Positions 40,043 through 49,838 of a stretch of DNA of 64,000 nt are shown piece after piece. The stretch is from contig CAZGHS010000001.1 in NCBI GenBank assembly GCA_964525495.1, forward strand, positions 102,263-166,262. Reading direction: 5' to 3'. This DNA is from an uncultured Gammaproteobacteria bacterium. Its GTDB lineage: Bacteria; Patescibacteriota; Microgenomatia; JALYQM01. A model generated the notes under the pieces. The model was not told the origin of the DNA. It did not search any database and saw only the letters and a program-made list of their open reading frames with translations. Within the stretch, counting starts at the first letter, position 1. Each line of letters starts with the position of its first letter. The position numbers and the translations under genes are program-made.

Positions 40043-40742
40043 TATTAACCACCTTAATACGCCGCTTGGGAACTTTTTGTAAAGAAACGGACATATTTTT
40101 TACTTCATTAGTATGTGGTAATAGCAAATATTCTGATAAATTTACTAATTCACCTGATTCATCCTGAAATCCCGTAGTTGATTCACTATAACCATGTTCA
40201 AACACCTCCACGCGCGTTGGCAAAAATGCTAAATCTCTCCCCTGAGGAATCCAGATATTACCTGTCAAATCCGACTCACCAGTGGACGCGGCATTGCCAA
40301 GTAGTCTACGTGGAATATTAGAAAACTCAACCTTCATCAAAAAATAAGCTGGATTAAGCGTAACTTCTCTAGTGCGAAGATCAGCTTCCATAATTGATCT
40401 AAATCCAAGCGGCGCGTAAGGAGCAATCTCTGTAGCCCTTTCATCAAAGGATGAAAAATACCGTGCTAGGAACAATGATGGAAGAGGTGCAACAGTTAAT
40501 CGAAGATCACCAACACTTTTAGGACCGTTACCATATTGAAATGGAATATCTACTCTATACATTAATTCAGGATCAACTGGATATTGGTTATCTACGGCAT
40601 CAATAAACGTAGAAGCCACACGTCTCAATTGATTCCATTTTGATGGAGGCATCGCGTAAAGTGGGTACGCCTGTCCTTCTGGAAAATCTAACCGCATTGA
40701 GATATCAAAACTATCTTTATGTATCAAAACATTTTCGCTCAT
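40035..40742 (-). CDS. Orphan protein inserted in the suf operon
   Basis: 235-aa ORF overlapping both neighbours; no motif recognised. Confidence 0.6.
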   Translation of the reverse strand: MSENVLIHKDSFDISMRLDFPEGQAYPLYAMPPSKWNQLRRVASTFIDAVDNQYPVDPELMYRVDIPFQYGNGPKSVGDLRLTVAPLPSLFLARYFSSFDERATEIAPYAPLGFRSIMEADLRTREVTLNPAYFLMKVEFSNIPRRLLGNAASTGESDLTGNIWIPQGRDLAFLPTRVEVFEHGYSESTTGFQDESGELVNLSEYLLLPHTNEVKNMSVSLQKVPKRRIKVVNNE

Positions 40743-41230
40743 ATATGTACCAATTTCTTAATTGCTTGTAATGATAACGGCCTACAATTATCTGTATCCA
40801 ATGAAGTAACCTCTATCCATTCAACAATTTCCGATTCTCCATTTTGTAAAATATGTTCAACATTTCTATCACCCAAAGCCACTACTTTATAAAAATCTAT
40901 CTTAGAATCAAAATATATATTATTGTCGACATCAAAAAAATTATTTCTTACTTCAAGTATAGGCGTTAGATCAACATTGACTACTGAATAGCCTGTTTCC
41001 TCTTCAAACTCTCGATTAATAGCTGTCGCCACATCTTCACCAGATTCTATTTGCCCGCCTGGCACTTCCCACTTATCAGAACCTTCCGGTCTAACAACCA
41101 AAACTCGACCATCCTGTATACAAACACCACGAGCAGAAAACCGCTGCTTCACGTCACAACCATCAGGTTTAATATGCTCATTTCCAAATTGATCTTTAAA
41201 CAATTCCCTCATACCCTTTATCTTCCACAT
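40739..41230 (-). CDS. NUDIX hydrolase
   Basis: PGGQIESGE...REFEEETG Nudix box. Confidence 0.85.
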   Translation of the reverse strand: MWKIKGMRELFKDQFGNEHIKPDGCDVKQRFSARGVCIQDGRVLVVRPEGSDKWEVPGGQIESGEDVATAINREFEEETGYSVVNVDLTPILEVRNNFFDVDNNIYFDSKIDFYKVVALGDRNVEHILQNGESEIVEWIEVTSLDTDNCRPLSLQAIKKLVHI

Positions 41231-41939
41231 ATTCGCTTAATTCTCGTCCACCTTGTTTTATATTTCTACCATTGGAAACAATCGTCACGACATCAGGCTC
41301 AAGAAATTTAAGAATTCGCATATAATGGGTAATTATCAAAACAGAAGATTCTGGATTCGCTTCTTTATACTCTTTCACACGGTATGCAACGCTCTTCAAC
41401 GCATCCACATCCAAACCGCTATCCACTTCATCAAGTATCACAAGCTTTGGCTTTAACACAGCCATCTGCAAGATCTCGTTCCGCTTCTTCTCACCACCAC
41501 TAAATCCTTCATTCAAGTTTCGCTTCTGCATTCCCACATTCATTCCCAACTTCTGGACCTCTTCTTCCAAAGCAATTTTAAACTTCAGCAAAGTCAAAGG
41601 TTTCTCGTCTCGTCCTTGGGCGATCTCACGAGCTGCTTGTCGTAAAAAGGAATCTACAGGCACTCCAGGAATCTCCTGGGGATACTGGAAGCTCAAAAAC
41701 AAACCTTTTTTCGCCCGCACATCAACAGCCATCTCTAGTAAATTCTCACCCTGAAACTCTACTTCACCCTCGGTCACAGTATAACGAGGATGTCCAGCCA
41801 AAGCATACGCCAGAGTCGATTTGCCTGAACCATTCGGTCCCATGATTGCATGAACCTTACCGGCATCAACCTGCAAATCTAGACCCTTCAATATCTCTTT
41901 TTTCTCAACAGAAACATGTAAATTGCGTATTTTTAACAT
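41196..41939 (-). CDS. sufC: Fe-S cluster assembly ATPase SufC
   Basis: GPNGSGKST, FQYPQEIPGV, NEGFSGGEKKRNE, DSGLD, ITHY. Confidence 0.95.
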   Translation of the reverse strand: MLKIRNLHVSVEKKEILKGLDLQVDAGKVHAIMGPNGSGKSTLAYALAGHPRYTVTEGEVEFQGENLLEMAVDVRAKKGLFLSFQYPQEIPGVPVDSFLRQAAREIAQGRDEKPLTLLKFKIALEEEVQKLGMNVGMQKRNLNEGFSGGEKKRNEILQMAVLKPKLVILDEVDSGLDVDALKSVAYRVKEYKEANPESSVLIITHYMRILKFLEPDVVTIVSNGRNIKQGGRELSEYVEDKGYEGIV

Positions 41940-42065
41940 ATCCACAAGATTATACAAAAAAGGCATACAAAAGGCCACCTTGTTCTTATGGGTAAGGAGG
42001 CCTAACTAAATATCAATATATTGAACTCAAAAGCACAAGTCAACATCAGGTATAATAAAAAAGTG

Positions 42066-43619
42066 ATGCTAAAAAAACTCTATAATAACCTTCCAAATAT
42101 CTTCATAGCCATAATAACAATCCTCTATATTCTTCTAGCACTACTCAGGCATTACCACTTCATGACCTATGGATACGACCTTGGTATCTATGACCAACAA
42201 GTCTGGCTCTACTCCCAATTCCAAAATCCTTTTATCACTATTGAATACAAATCCGCTCTCCTAAATCACTTTTCACCAAGCCTCGCACTCTTCGCACCTC
42301 TCTATTGGATTTGGAATAATCCACAAGTCTTACTTATCGTGCAAGCACTTATGGTAGGACTCTCAGCAATCCCTCTGGATATTCTCGCAAAGCGTAAACA
42401 ATTTCCAATTTATCTGCGTACCATGCTCATAATCTCCTATCTACTTTTCTATGGGTATCAATTTGCAATAAATTACGACGTTCATTCTGTTGTTTTTGGC
42501 ACCGCCCTAATCCCGTGGCTCCTACTCTGTCTCGAAGATCGTAAATATAAAAAAGCAGCGGCATTACTACTCATAATTCTAGGGATGAAAGAAAGTTTCC
42601 CTATAACCATAACATTAGTTGGAATTGTATATTTTCTAAAGGGCAGACGCCGCTTGGGAGCAGCCTTAGTCGCCATTTCGCTCTCATTCCTATTCCTTGC
42701 ACTCAAAGTCATACAACCTATAATCGAACACTTCACCCACGAAAGCTATCGATTTTCCTCTTCCTATCCCCATTCAATTCAGGATGCATTTATGCAATTA
42801 ATTAACTCGCCAAAAAAACTCGAAGTCTGGCGCCTAAGTTTCCTCTGGTATGCCTTTATACCACTTGCTGCGCCTATTACAGTAATCGCAGCCATCGGCG
42901 ACATCGCCTTCTATTTTATCCTAGGAAATAATCACCCTGAAACACTTTCAATATATATGCACTATAGATCATCACTCGCACCACTGTTAGCTTGGGCAAC
43001 CATAGACGGATGTACAAACATTCATTCAAAATTTACACAAAACAAAAAATACATATATCCAGTAATTACGCTCATGCTATTCAGCAGCTTCTGTTTCATT
43101 CAATATTCGTACCATCTCCCCCTCAATTCACTGAGTAAACCATACTTGTATCAATTCAATAATGATATTAATGACAAAAACGAACTACTAAAAAAAGTAC
43201 CACCAAACATTCCAATCGCCGCGCAAAACAATCTCATTCCCAGACTATCAGCACGCAAAGAAATCCATCTTCTTTGGCCATACAAAGAGCGTAATGGCTA
43301 TCTTAGGTTTCCGATCTGTAAACCTGCATTAATAGAGGCAATGCAAGGACTTAACCACAATCGAAAAAAGTTAAATGACACCTGCACAGAACCAAAAATT
43401 TCTTCACCTTGTGGCGCAGAACGCTGTTTCATACTGCAGTTCCACGAAAACGCAGACTATTTAGTAACTGACGTCACTCCAGGTCAAAATGCAGTCGAGC
43501 TCCTTATGGAAAATGAGCATAAACTTAAGGAAGGACTCACCAACCTTGAAAAAACGGGCATGATAACGCTTCAAGTGCAAGTTGGCGACGCACAATTATG
43601 GAAAGTCAATAGGTATTGA
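42066..43619 (+). CDS. DUF2079-like membrane protein (GT-C-like)
   Basis: YDLGIYDQ, NHFSP, YDVH, KE, multi-TM. Confidence 0.75.
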   Translation: MLKKLYNNLPNIFIAIITILYILLALLRHYHFMTYGYDLGIYDQQVWLYSQFQNPFITIEYKSALLNHFSPSLALFAPLYWIWNNPQVLLIVQALMVGLSAIPLDILAKRKQFPIYLRTMLIISYLLFYGYQFAINYDVHSVVFGTALIPWLLLCLEDRKYKKAAALLLIILGMKESFPITITLVGIVYFLKGRRRLGAALVAISLSFLFLALKVIQPIIEHFTHESYRFSSSYPHSIQDAFMQLINSPKKLEVWRLSFLWYAFIPLAAPITVIAAIGDIAFYFILGNNHPETLSIYMHYRSSLAPLLAWATIDGCTNIHSKFTQNKKYIYPVITLMLFSSFCFIQYSYHLPLNSLSKPYLYQFNNDINDKNELLKKVPPNIPIAAQNNLIPRLSARKEIHLLWPYKERNGYLRFPICKPALIEAMQGLNHNRKKLNDTCTEPKISSPCGAERCFILQFHENADYLVTDVTPGQNAVELLMENEHKLKEGLTNLEKTGMITLQVQVGDAQLWKVNRY

Positions 43620-43888
43620 CAAAAGCATAATGAGCGTGATAAAAATAGCTATCATGAATTATAGTTTTTCAAACATTTTTGTCCTTCTTATTACCCACTT
43701 CTAAGGCGGGTCGGCAAAATGTATGAAAAAAGTCCAAGACCCGCACACAAGCGGGTTTTTTCGTTTTAGACGGTATTAGGTTCAAAACATAATACTCACT
43801 AAGGCGAAAAACAAGCCGCACGAGCGGATGGAGGAACGACCGAATGTCGGATTCTGTAAGAATTTCACAACAATACGGAGGGAATCCC

Positions 43889-44047
43889 ATGCAACTGATC
43901 GCAAAACTCTGCCTACTACTCATCGTCGCTGGCATCCGTCTCGAAGACGGGTACAACGACCATTGGCAGGACAAGAAGCCCAAATCTGCAACAAAAACAG
44001 CATCGACTTCCAAACAGACTACAAAAACCAAAGGCAAAGGCAAGTAG
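43889..44047 (+). CDS. Small peptide with hydrophobic N-terminus and Lys-rich tail (52 aa; 67 aa from 43844)
   Basis: Two in-frame ATGs, each preceded by GGAGG; embedded in structured RNA. Confidence 0.55.
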   Translation: MQLIAKLCLLLIVAGIRLEDGYNDHWQDKKPKSATKTASTSKQTTKTKGKGK

Positions 44048-44088
44048 CCCAAACCAATTCACGGAGGGTCGCTCCTCTCATATTCTTT

Positions 44089-44261
44089 GATAGTTTCACC
44101 GCCAAGACGTTTTGTCTTTGCAGTATTTCCGCATTGGCGGTGAAACATATCTTATCGTGCAACGCACTCGCAGGGACAACACTTTGTAAAATATATCCAA
44201 GAAAAACGATTAAGTTTTTCCCACGTATATTTATACATACCTAACTCATCCCTGCAGTGCA
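44089..44261. repeat. Two tandem long inverted-repeat structures
   Basis: GTTTCACCGCCAA/TTGGCGGTGAAAC (13 bp) and GCACT(C)GCAGGGA/TCCCTGCAGTGC enclosing further stems. Confidence 0.65.
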
Positions 44262-44296
44262 AAAGATTTATATATTTAAAACGTAAACAAAGAACC

Positions 44297-44662
44297 CTAT
44301 TTCTTCTTACCTTTTTTTCCGCTACTCTTCCAATCATCAGGATTAAAGCTTCCTCTTCGCTCTTCCGACGGGATGGATATCCTTCCACCGATTGGTCTAA
44401 TTGGTTCAACTATTGGCAATACCCGCTGTGTTTCTTCAGCAGGAAGCCCTCTATCGGATCGCTGGACACCATCACTAATCAACTTCTGATCACCAACTTT
44501 TCTAAATCTATTCTTAGCTCTAACTTCGTCGTTAGGATCAAGAGGACGCATTGGTTTCATTCGTGCATCTCTATCCTGTGCACCTCGACTACCACGATGT
44601 TCAACACCAAGTTGTCGTCCCTTATAAACAGTTTTATCACCTTCTGGATCAGCACCTCGCAT
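44297..44662 (-). CDS. Basic low-complexity orphan (121 aa)
   Basis: GAGGG RBS and TTGCAA-16-TACAAT promoter upstream. Confidence 0.55.
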   Translation of the reverse strand: MRGADPEGDKTVYKGRQLGVEHRGSRGAQDRDARMKPMRPLDPNDEVRAKNRFRKVGDQKLISDGVQRSDRGLPAEETQRVLPIVEPIRPIGGRISIPSEERRGSFNPDDWKSSGKKGKKK

Positions 44663-44731
44663 ATAATATCCCTCAACAATTTTTATGCCTCAAATTGTAC
44701 TGCTATAGAAAAATTTTGCAAACAGGAGAAA

Positions 44732-45280
44732 TTATTTATTCAGTTCAATCACAATAAACGTCGTCATATTATCAGGAGAATTCGCAAGACCTGTAGCCAA
44801 CACATCAAGGCCAAATATCTTTGCCGCCTCTTCACTCGCAGTCACTGCACTAGTCATATCTTTACTCTCAACCACAAATTTCGCAGCACTCGCATTATCT
44901 ACAGACAACACTTGTTCTATCTCTGGATGACTCGCAAAAAACATCGAACATTGTAAAAACGATTGATGATGTCCATGCACACGACGAATATTTTCAAGCT
45001 TTGCCCCAGGTAGTCCAAGCAAAGAATGTGGAATCGGCATATCTACTTCCCCCACTATTCTTACCGGATATGTACTCAATAAATCCTGCACACCTACCAC
45101 CACACCAGCAACCGCATTTTTAAACGGTATCACGCCATACTGCACATCACGATTAGCCACTCCCTCAAAAATATCCCGCAGACTTGGCTTCCCAAAATAC
45201 TCACCGCGTTCAACAAAATATTGTCGCGCAGCAAAGTAACTATAAGAGCCCTCTAGTCCAAAAAATCCGATTGTATCCAT
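44732..45280 (-). CDS. Stand-alone prephenate dehydratase catalytic domain
   Basis: GLEGSYS, GVIPFKN, HQSFLQC, N-x-TTF; no ACT domain. Confidence 0.8.
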   Translation of the reverse strand: MDTIGFFGLEGSYSYFAARQYFVERGEYFGKPSLRDIFEGVANRDVQYGVIPFKNAVAGVVVGVQDLLSTYPVRIVGEVDMPIPHSLLGLPGAKLENIRRVHGHHQSFLQCSMFFASHPEIEQVLSVDNASAAKFVVESKDMTSAVTASEEAAKIFGLDVLATGLANSPDNMTTFIVIELNK

Positions 45281-45364
45281 ATACCTATATTATTACACTA
45301 CCATCTATGTACAACGGGTCAATAACCAGTGGCACTTCACATTCACTCACGATACAATCTGGCT

Positions 45365-46663
45365 ATGGACACATATAGAGAGTTATTAAACAAGTTCATC
45401 TCCTTCAGGAGTATCTCTACCGACCCTCAATTCGCACAGCACATTGAAGGCATAGTCTCATGGCTCTCCGAAACATTTCAAAACCACGGTTTCACTGTCA
45501 AAAGATTTGACGGGTACAACAATCCTATCGTTCTCGCATCATACGAAACCGATCCTTCCTACAAAACATGCCTCATCTACGGACATTACGATGTTCAACC
45601 GGCCTCAATAGAAGAGGGTTGGACAAGCGAACCGTTCGAAGTCCACGAGGACAACGAACGCATTTACGCTCGAGGTGCTGTAGATAACAAAGGACAAGTA
45701 CTCGTGCACATCGCAACAGTTTTTGATCTCATTAAACAAAATAAACTCCAATACAACATTAAATTCCTCATCGAAGGAAATGAAGAAACTGGTTCACCGA
45801 AAATCGCCGACTGCATCAAAGATAACCATCACATGCAATGCGATTTTGTCCTCATCTCTGATGGTGAAATTAACAACGATACTCCAGTCATCGAACTCGG
45901 CTTCCGAGGTGGAGCCAACACAACTCTCACCATTCAAACAGCCACCAACGATCTACACTCCGGCATTTATGGTGGAGCCGCACCAAGTGCTGCTCATGAA
46001 ATTTCCAAATTTATTGCTTCACTCCACGACCAAGACCGTCACATCACTATCCCTCACTTTTATGACAACGTGGATCCCATAGACAAAGCTAAACCAATTC
46101 CTTTCGATAAAAAAGAATACACCAAGATCACAGGCGCAAAAGACACAATCACCGAACCAGACTACGACGTCCATACACAGATCGGACTACGACCTACTAT
46201 TCAAGTAACCGGCATTCAAACTGGGTACACTGGTGATGGCTACCGCAATAGTATTCCTGCTAAGGCAACAGCAAAAATTAACTTTAGATTAGTAAAAAGC
46301 CAGGATCCCAACAAAATAATGGAGCAATACAAGAAATATATTAAAGACACACTTCCCGACTACGTTACCCACGAACTCCAAATCACCGATCCATACGAAG
46401 GAATCAAATTGGATGTAAACAACGAATACGTCAAAAAGGCAGAGCAATTACTTGAAAAGTCTTTTGGCTCTAAACCGATACATAAATATAGTGGAGGAGG
46501 TCTTCCTATCGTTACACTATTTCACGAGCTTCTCAGAGTCCCACAAGTACTCATTCCACTCGGCAACGAAGACTGCAACATGCACGGTGCTAACGAAAAT
46601 TTTGATAAAGATATTCTTAAAAAAGCACTCGACTTCAGCCAACAGTTTTTTTCAAAGGACTAG
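45365..46663 (+). CDS. M20 family dipeptidase
   Basis: YGHYDVQP, RGAVDNKG, EGNEE, DLHSG, HGANE. Confidence 0.9.
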   Translation: MDTYRELLNKFISFRSISTDPQFAQHIEGIVSWLSETFQNHGFTVKRFDGYNNPIVLASYETDPSYKTCLIYGHYDVQPASIEEGWTSEPFEVHEDNERIYARGAVDNKGQVLVHIATVFDLIKQNKLQYNIKFLIEGNEETGSPKIADCIKDNHHMQCDFVLISDGEINNDTPVIELGFRGGANTTLTIQTATNDLHSGIYGGAAPSAAHEISKFIASLHDQDRHITIPHFYDNVDPIDKAKPIPFDKKEYTKITGAKDTITEPDYDVHTQIGLRPTIQVTGIQTGYTGDGYRNSIPAKATAKINFRLVKSQDPNKIMEQYKKYIKDTLPDYVTHELQITDPYEGIKLDVNNEYVKKAEQLLEKSFGSKPIHKYSGGGLPIVTLFHELLRVPQVLIPLGNEDCNMHGANENFDKDILKKALDFSQQFFSKD

Positions 46664-46704
46664 AGCCTTGAACTAAGTGTATCCAATCGATACGATGTAA
46701 ATGC

Positions 46705-47283
46705 ATGAACACTCAGCTAGTATTACGAATAGTTTCAGCCTCCGCTGTCTTATCTGTTGGAGAGCTATTAATTCTTGCAGGACTACCTTGGTTTAGTTCA
46801 CCAATCCGGTCTAGCTATGTAATTCCTGGATTAATATTAGGCATAATTGCAATCACCTATCTTTGTTTTGGATTACTAAATGACTCTAAAATAAAAATCA
46901 TGGTAAGAGTAATCATTAGTATTATTCTGGCAATTATCGGCACGATCTCCGTCGTCGCACTATCCTTTAATCTAGAATTCAATCACTTTCTTCTCGATGG
47001 AACCATATATGACATAGATAAAGTAGTGAGTATCTTTAACCTTATTCTGTTTCATATAGTCCTAATGCAAAAAAAAATCACCCAATCAACTGTCATTCCG
47101 ATTTCAATCTCTCTAATATTATGTTTTATTTTTATCATAATTCTCGACAAAACTTTTGGAGAATTAGTTAGTTCATTTCCAGTAGATGATTTTGGTATAA
47201 AAGGGTGGATTTTAACAGCAATCTACACGCCAATTCTCTGGCTAACTGCATTTCGAGTTACAAACCAGTTCAAAGCTTCGTAA
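46705..47283 (+). CDS. Hypothetical multi-pass membrane protein
   Basis: About six hydrophobic segments. Confidence 0.6.
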   Translation: MNTQLVLRIVSASAVLSVGELLILAGLPWFSSPIRSSYVIPGLILGIIAITYLCFGLLNDSKIKIMVRVIISIILAIIGTISVVALSFNLEFNHFLLDGTIYDIDKVVSIFNLILFHIVLMQKKITQSTVIPISISLILCFIFIIILDKTFGELVSSFPVDDFGIKGWILTAIYTPILWLTAFRVTNQFKAS

Positions 47284-48199
47284 CTTCTCGAATTATATAC
47301 CCCGTCTTGCCACTAGCAGCAAAATATCCTCGCACCACAATATCCGCTATCAATCCACTTACAATCAGTTGAATCCCCAAAGTAAACATCAAAAAAGAAA
47401 ATATTATCCATCGCTGTGTATCCCATAAACCGAAGTCAGTGAATACATGAAACACACTCACGAACAACGTAACGAAACTCACACAAATCACCACAATACC
47501 CACCCCTCCCAACAAATGCAACGGTCGAGCTGAGTATTTTCCCCAAAACGCAACAGCTACCATATCCAAAAAGCCCTTTACTCCCCTTTTCCAAGAATAT
47601 TTGGACTTACCATACTTTCGTGGCCGGTGATTCACAACATATTCACCTACCCGATACCCTCGCACCTTAACTATCGAAACAAAAAACCGGTGCATCTCAC
47701 CATACAATTCCAGTCCATCTAAAACCGAACGTCGAAATACTTTTATTCCACACCCAGCATCATGAATACCATCATGCAACAGCGCTTGCCGGATACCAAA
47801 TGCGATCAACGAAGGAATCTTCTTATCCCACCCATCATGCCGTCGTTTCCTCCATCCCACCAACATATCTAGCTTATTATTATCCATAAACTGCAGCATC
47901 CCATGCAAGTCCGATGGATCGTTCTGTAGATCACCATCGAGTGTCGCAACCACATCACCAGTCACCACTCCAAAACCAGCGCTTAAAGCCGCAGTTTGGC
48001 CATATGATCGAAGCAATGTAATAACCGTACATTCTTGTAGTTCAGAAAAAACCTGCTCACTGCCATCAGTAGAACCATCATTCACATAAATAAGCTCATA
48101 GTCGAAGCCTATTTCACGCACAGTCGCAAGCAACTCTTCATGAAGTTTTACAATATTTTCTCGTTCGTTAAAAAAAGGAATAACAACTGATAAACGCAT
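47270..48199 (-). CDS. Polyprenyl-phosphate glycosyltransferase, GT2 (ArnC/DPM1-like)
   Basis: VVIPFFNE, DGSTD, DGDLQNDP, GEMHRF, two C-terminal TMs. Confidence 0.88.
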   Translation of the reverse strand: MRLSVVIPFFNERENIVKLHEELLATVREIGFDYELIYVNDGSTDGSEQVFSELQECTVITLLRSYGQTAALSAGFGVVTGDVVATLDGDLQNDPSDLHGMLQFMDNNKLDMLVGWRKRRHDGWDKKIPSLIAFGIRQALLHDGIHDAGCGIKVFRRSVLDGLELYGEMHRFFVSIVKVRGYRVGEYVVNHRPRKYGKSKYSWKRGVKGFLDMVAVAFWGKYSARPLHLLGGVGIVVICVSFVTLFVSVFHVFTDFGLWDTQRWIIFSFLMFTLGIQLIVSGLIADIVVRGYFAASGKTGYIIREVTKL

Positions 48200-48256
48200 A
48201 GGTCTAATTTCTTTGTCAAAGTAGGTTTAGAAAACTCATCCTACTAATGAATTAGA

Positions 48257-48688
48257 CTATTTTACCTCAAGTAGCTCAATTTCAAAAACCAAGACCGAAT
48301 TAGGAGGAACTTTACTTCCAGATCCCTTAGCACCATAGGCTAATCCAGGGGGAATAATCAAACGTCGAACTCCACCAACTTTCATACCAGGAACACCAAT
48401 ATCCCATCCCTGAATCACCTTACCCTCACCCAATTTAAACTCATAAGGTACAAAGCGATCGCGCGAACTATCAAACTTTGAACCATTCACAAGCGTCCCT
48501 ACATAATGAACCTTAACAGTACTGCCATCTATAGCTTCGGTTCCTGAACCTTCTTTAATATCCTGAATCTCAAGTTCATCAGTAGAAGCATACTGACTCA
48601 TATCAGTATTTTGCGCAGTAGATTGTGAACTACAGGCAGTCAAAAATAAACATCCAAATAATAGTGCACCAATTGAAAAATATCTCAT
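48257..48688 (-). CDS. FKBP-type peptidyl-prolyl isomerase, lipoprotein
   Basis: LTAC lipobox; VHYVG, FDSS, VIQGWD, LAYG, FEIEL. Confidence 0.93.
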   Translation of the reverse strand: MRYFSIGALLFGCLFLTACSSQSTAQNTDMSQYASTDELEIQDIKEGSGTEAIDGSTVKVHYVGTLVNGSKFDSSRDRFVPYEFKLGEGKVIQGWDIGVPGMKVGGVRRLIIPPGLAYGAKGSGSKVPPNSVLVFEIELLEVK

Positions 48689-48723
48689 ACTCTATTTAAG
48701 ACACAGTTCGACAAAAATTGCAA

Positions 48724-48999
48724 TTATTTCAATACATCAGGGCGATCAGCTTCAGAAAGTTGTTCTAAAAGAGGTTCCGCAGCTTCTTTGCATATTTCAA
48801 TTGAGGCATTTCCAAACAAACGAGCATATTGAGTAACTAAATTTTGAAGTATTTGCTTATTGTCACCATCAAACGTAATATCCTCCGCGTTGTTTACATG
48901 CAATCCCATAACTTTGTTCGCCTCACGTAAAGCAATCGGCCCGATAATATTCTGTTGTTCTTTAATTATTCGTGCAGCAATCTCAGCATACACGTTCAT
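48724..48999 (-). CDS. Small helical cytoplasmic protein (91 aa)
   Basis: IIKEQQNIIGPIA...YARLFG; starts 1 nt after the upstream membrane gene. Confidence 0.7.
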   Translation of the reverse strand: MNVYAEIAARIIKEQQNIIGPIALREANKVMGLHVNNAEDITFDGDNKQILQNLVTQYARLFGNASIEICKEAAEPLLEQLSEADRPDVLK

Positions 49000-49000
49000 A

Positions 49001-49804
49001 TTAGTCCTCAAAATATTTAAAGGATATTAATCCTATAGACATTATAAAATAAGATGTCGCATAAAGTATATCATTATATCCACCATTACTATAAGTTTCT
49101 GAACTTACAGCGTACAAAAACAAATATTCAGTCAAAAACTGGAACGTAAAAGCAAAAACCAAAAACAAAATCCGGTTACGCATAATACCACCGGACAATT
49201 TTTTCGAGATAAGCAATATAAATAAAGCTACAGATACCGGTAAAATTTCACCAAGTGGATATCCATAATCAAGAAATGCTTTTATTGGATCAGAAACATC
49301 AAAACCAATATTTCTCACAAATAAGAAGTACGCACTCAAAAGCATCAATAACGGAATAACAAAAACCATCGCTTGACCATGTTTCGTGCGAAGCGAGAAT
49401 TTACCGCCCACAGCCTTAGCAAACATTAAAGCACCTAAAGTATAGAAAGGAATCAAAGCAAAATAACCAAGATCAGCCATCGAAGGATAAGGCACTTCTA
49501 CACCTGCGATCAAATTGTAGTAAGTCCAAATCTGCAGCCCCATCACCTGACCAAGTAAACCAAGTGAAATGAAAATCAATCCTCGACCAATCGCACTCTT
49601 ATATCCTCCCCAATGAGAAGCGATAGAAAAAATTCCATACAAAGCACCAATTAAAGGAGGGAAACCATACGACCAATTAAACAAATACACTTCTGAATCA
49701 AATCCAACTCCTATGAGATTAATTTTTAACCACCACAAGAGAATACCAGCATAAAGTGCAATGAGAAGGAGAGCAATCTTATCTTTAAGTATAGTTGATA
49801 GCAT
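49001..49804 (-). CDS. Stand-alone multi-TM sensor-like membrane protein
   Basis: About 8 TMs; W-x-YY...PYPSMADLGY motif of a kind seen in membrane sensor domains. Confidence 0.7.
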   Translation of the reverse strand: MLSTILKDKIALLLIALYAGILLWWLKINLIGVGFDSEVYLFNWSYGFPPLIGALYGIFSIASHWGGYKSAIGRGLIFISLGLLGQVMGLQIWTYYNLIAGVEVPYPSMADLGYFALIPFYTLGALMFAKAVGGKFSLRTKHGQAMVFVIPLLMLLSAYFLFVRNIGFDVSDPIKAFLDYGYPLGEILPVSVALFILLISKKLSGGIMRNRILFLVFAFTFQFLTEYLFLYAVSSETYSNGGYNDILYATSYFIMSIGLISFKYFED

Positions 49805-49838
49805 TTAATACAAGTTTAATCATCTACCTATACTAAAG

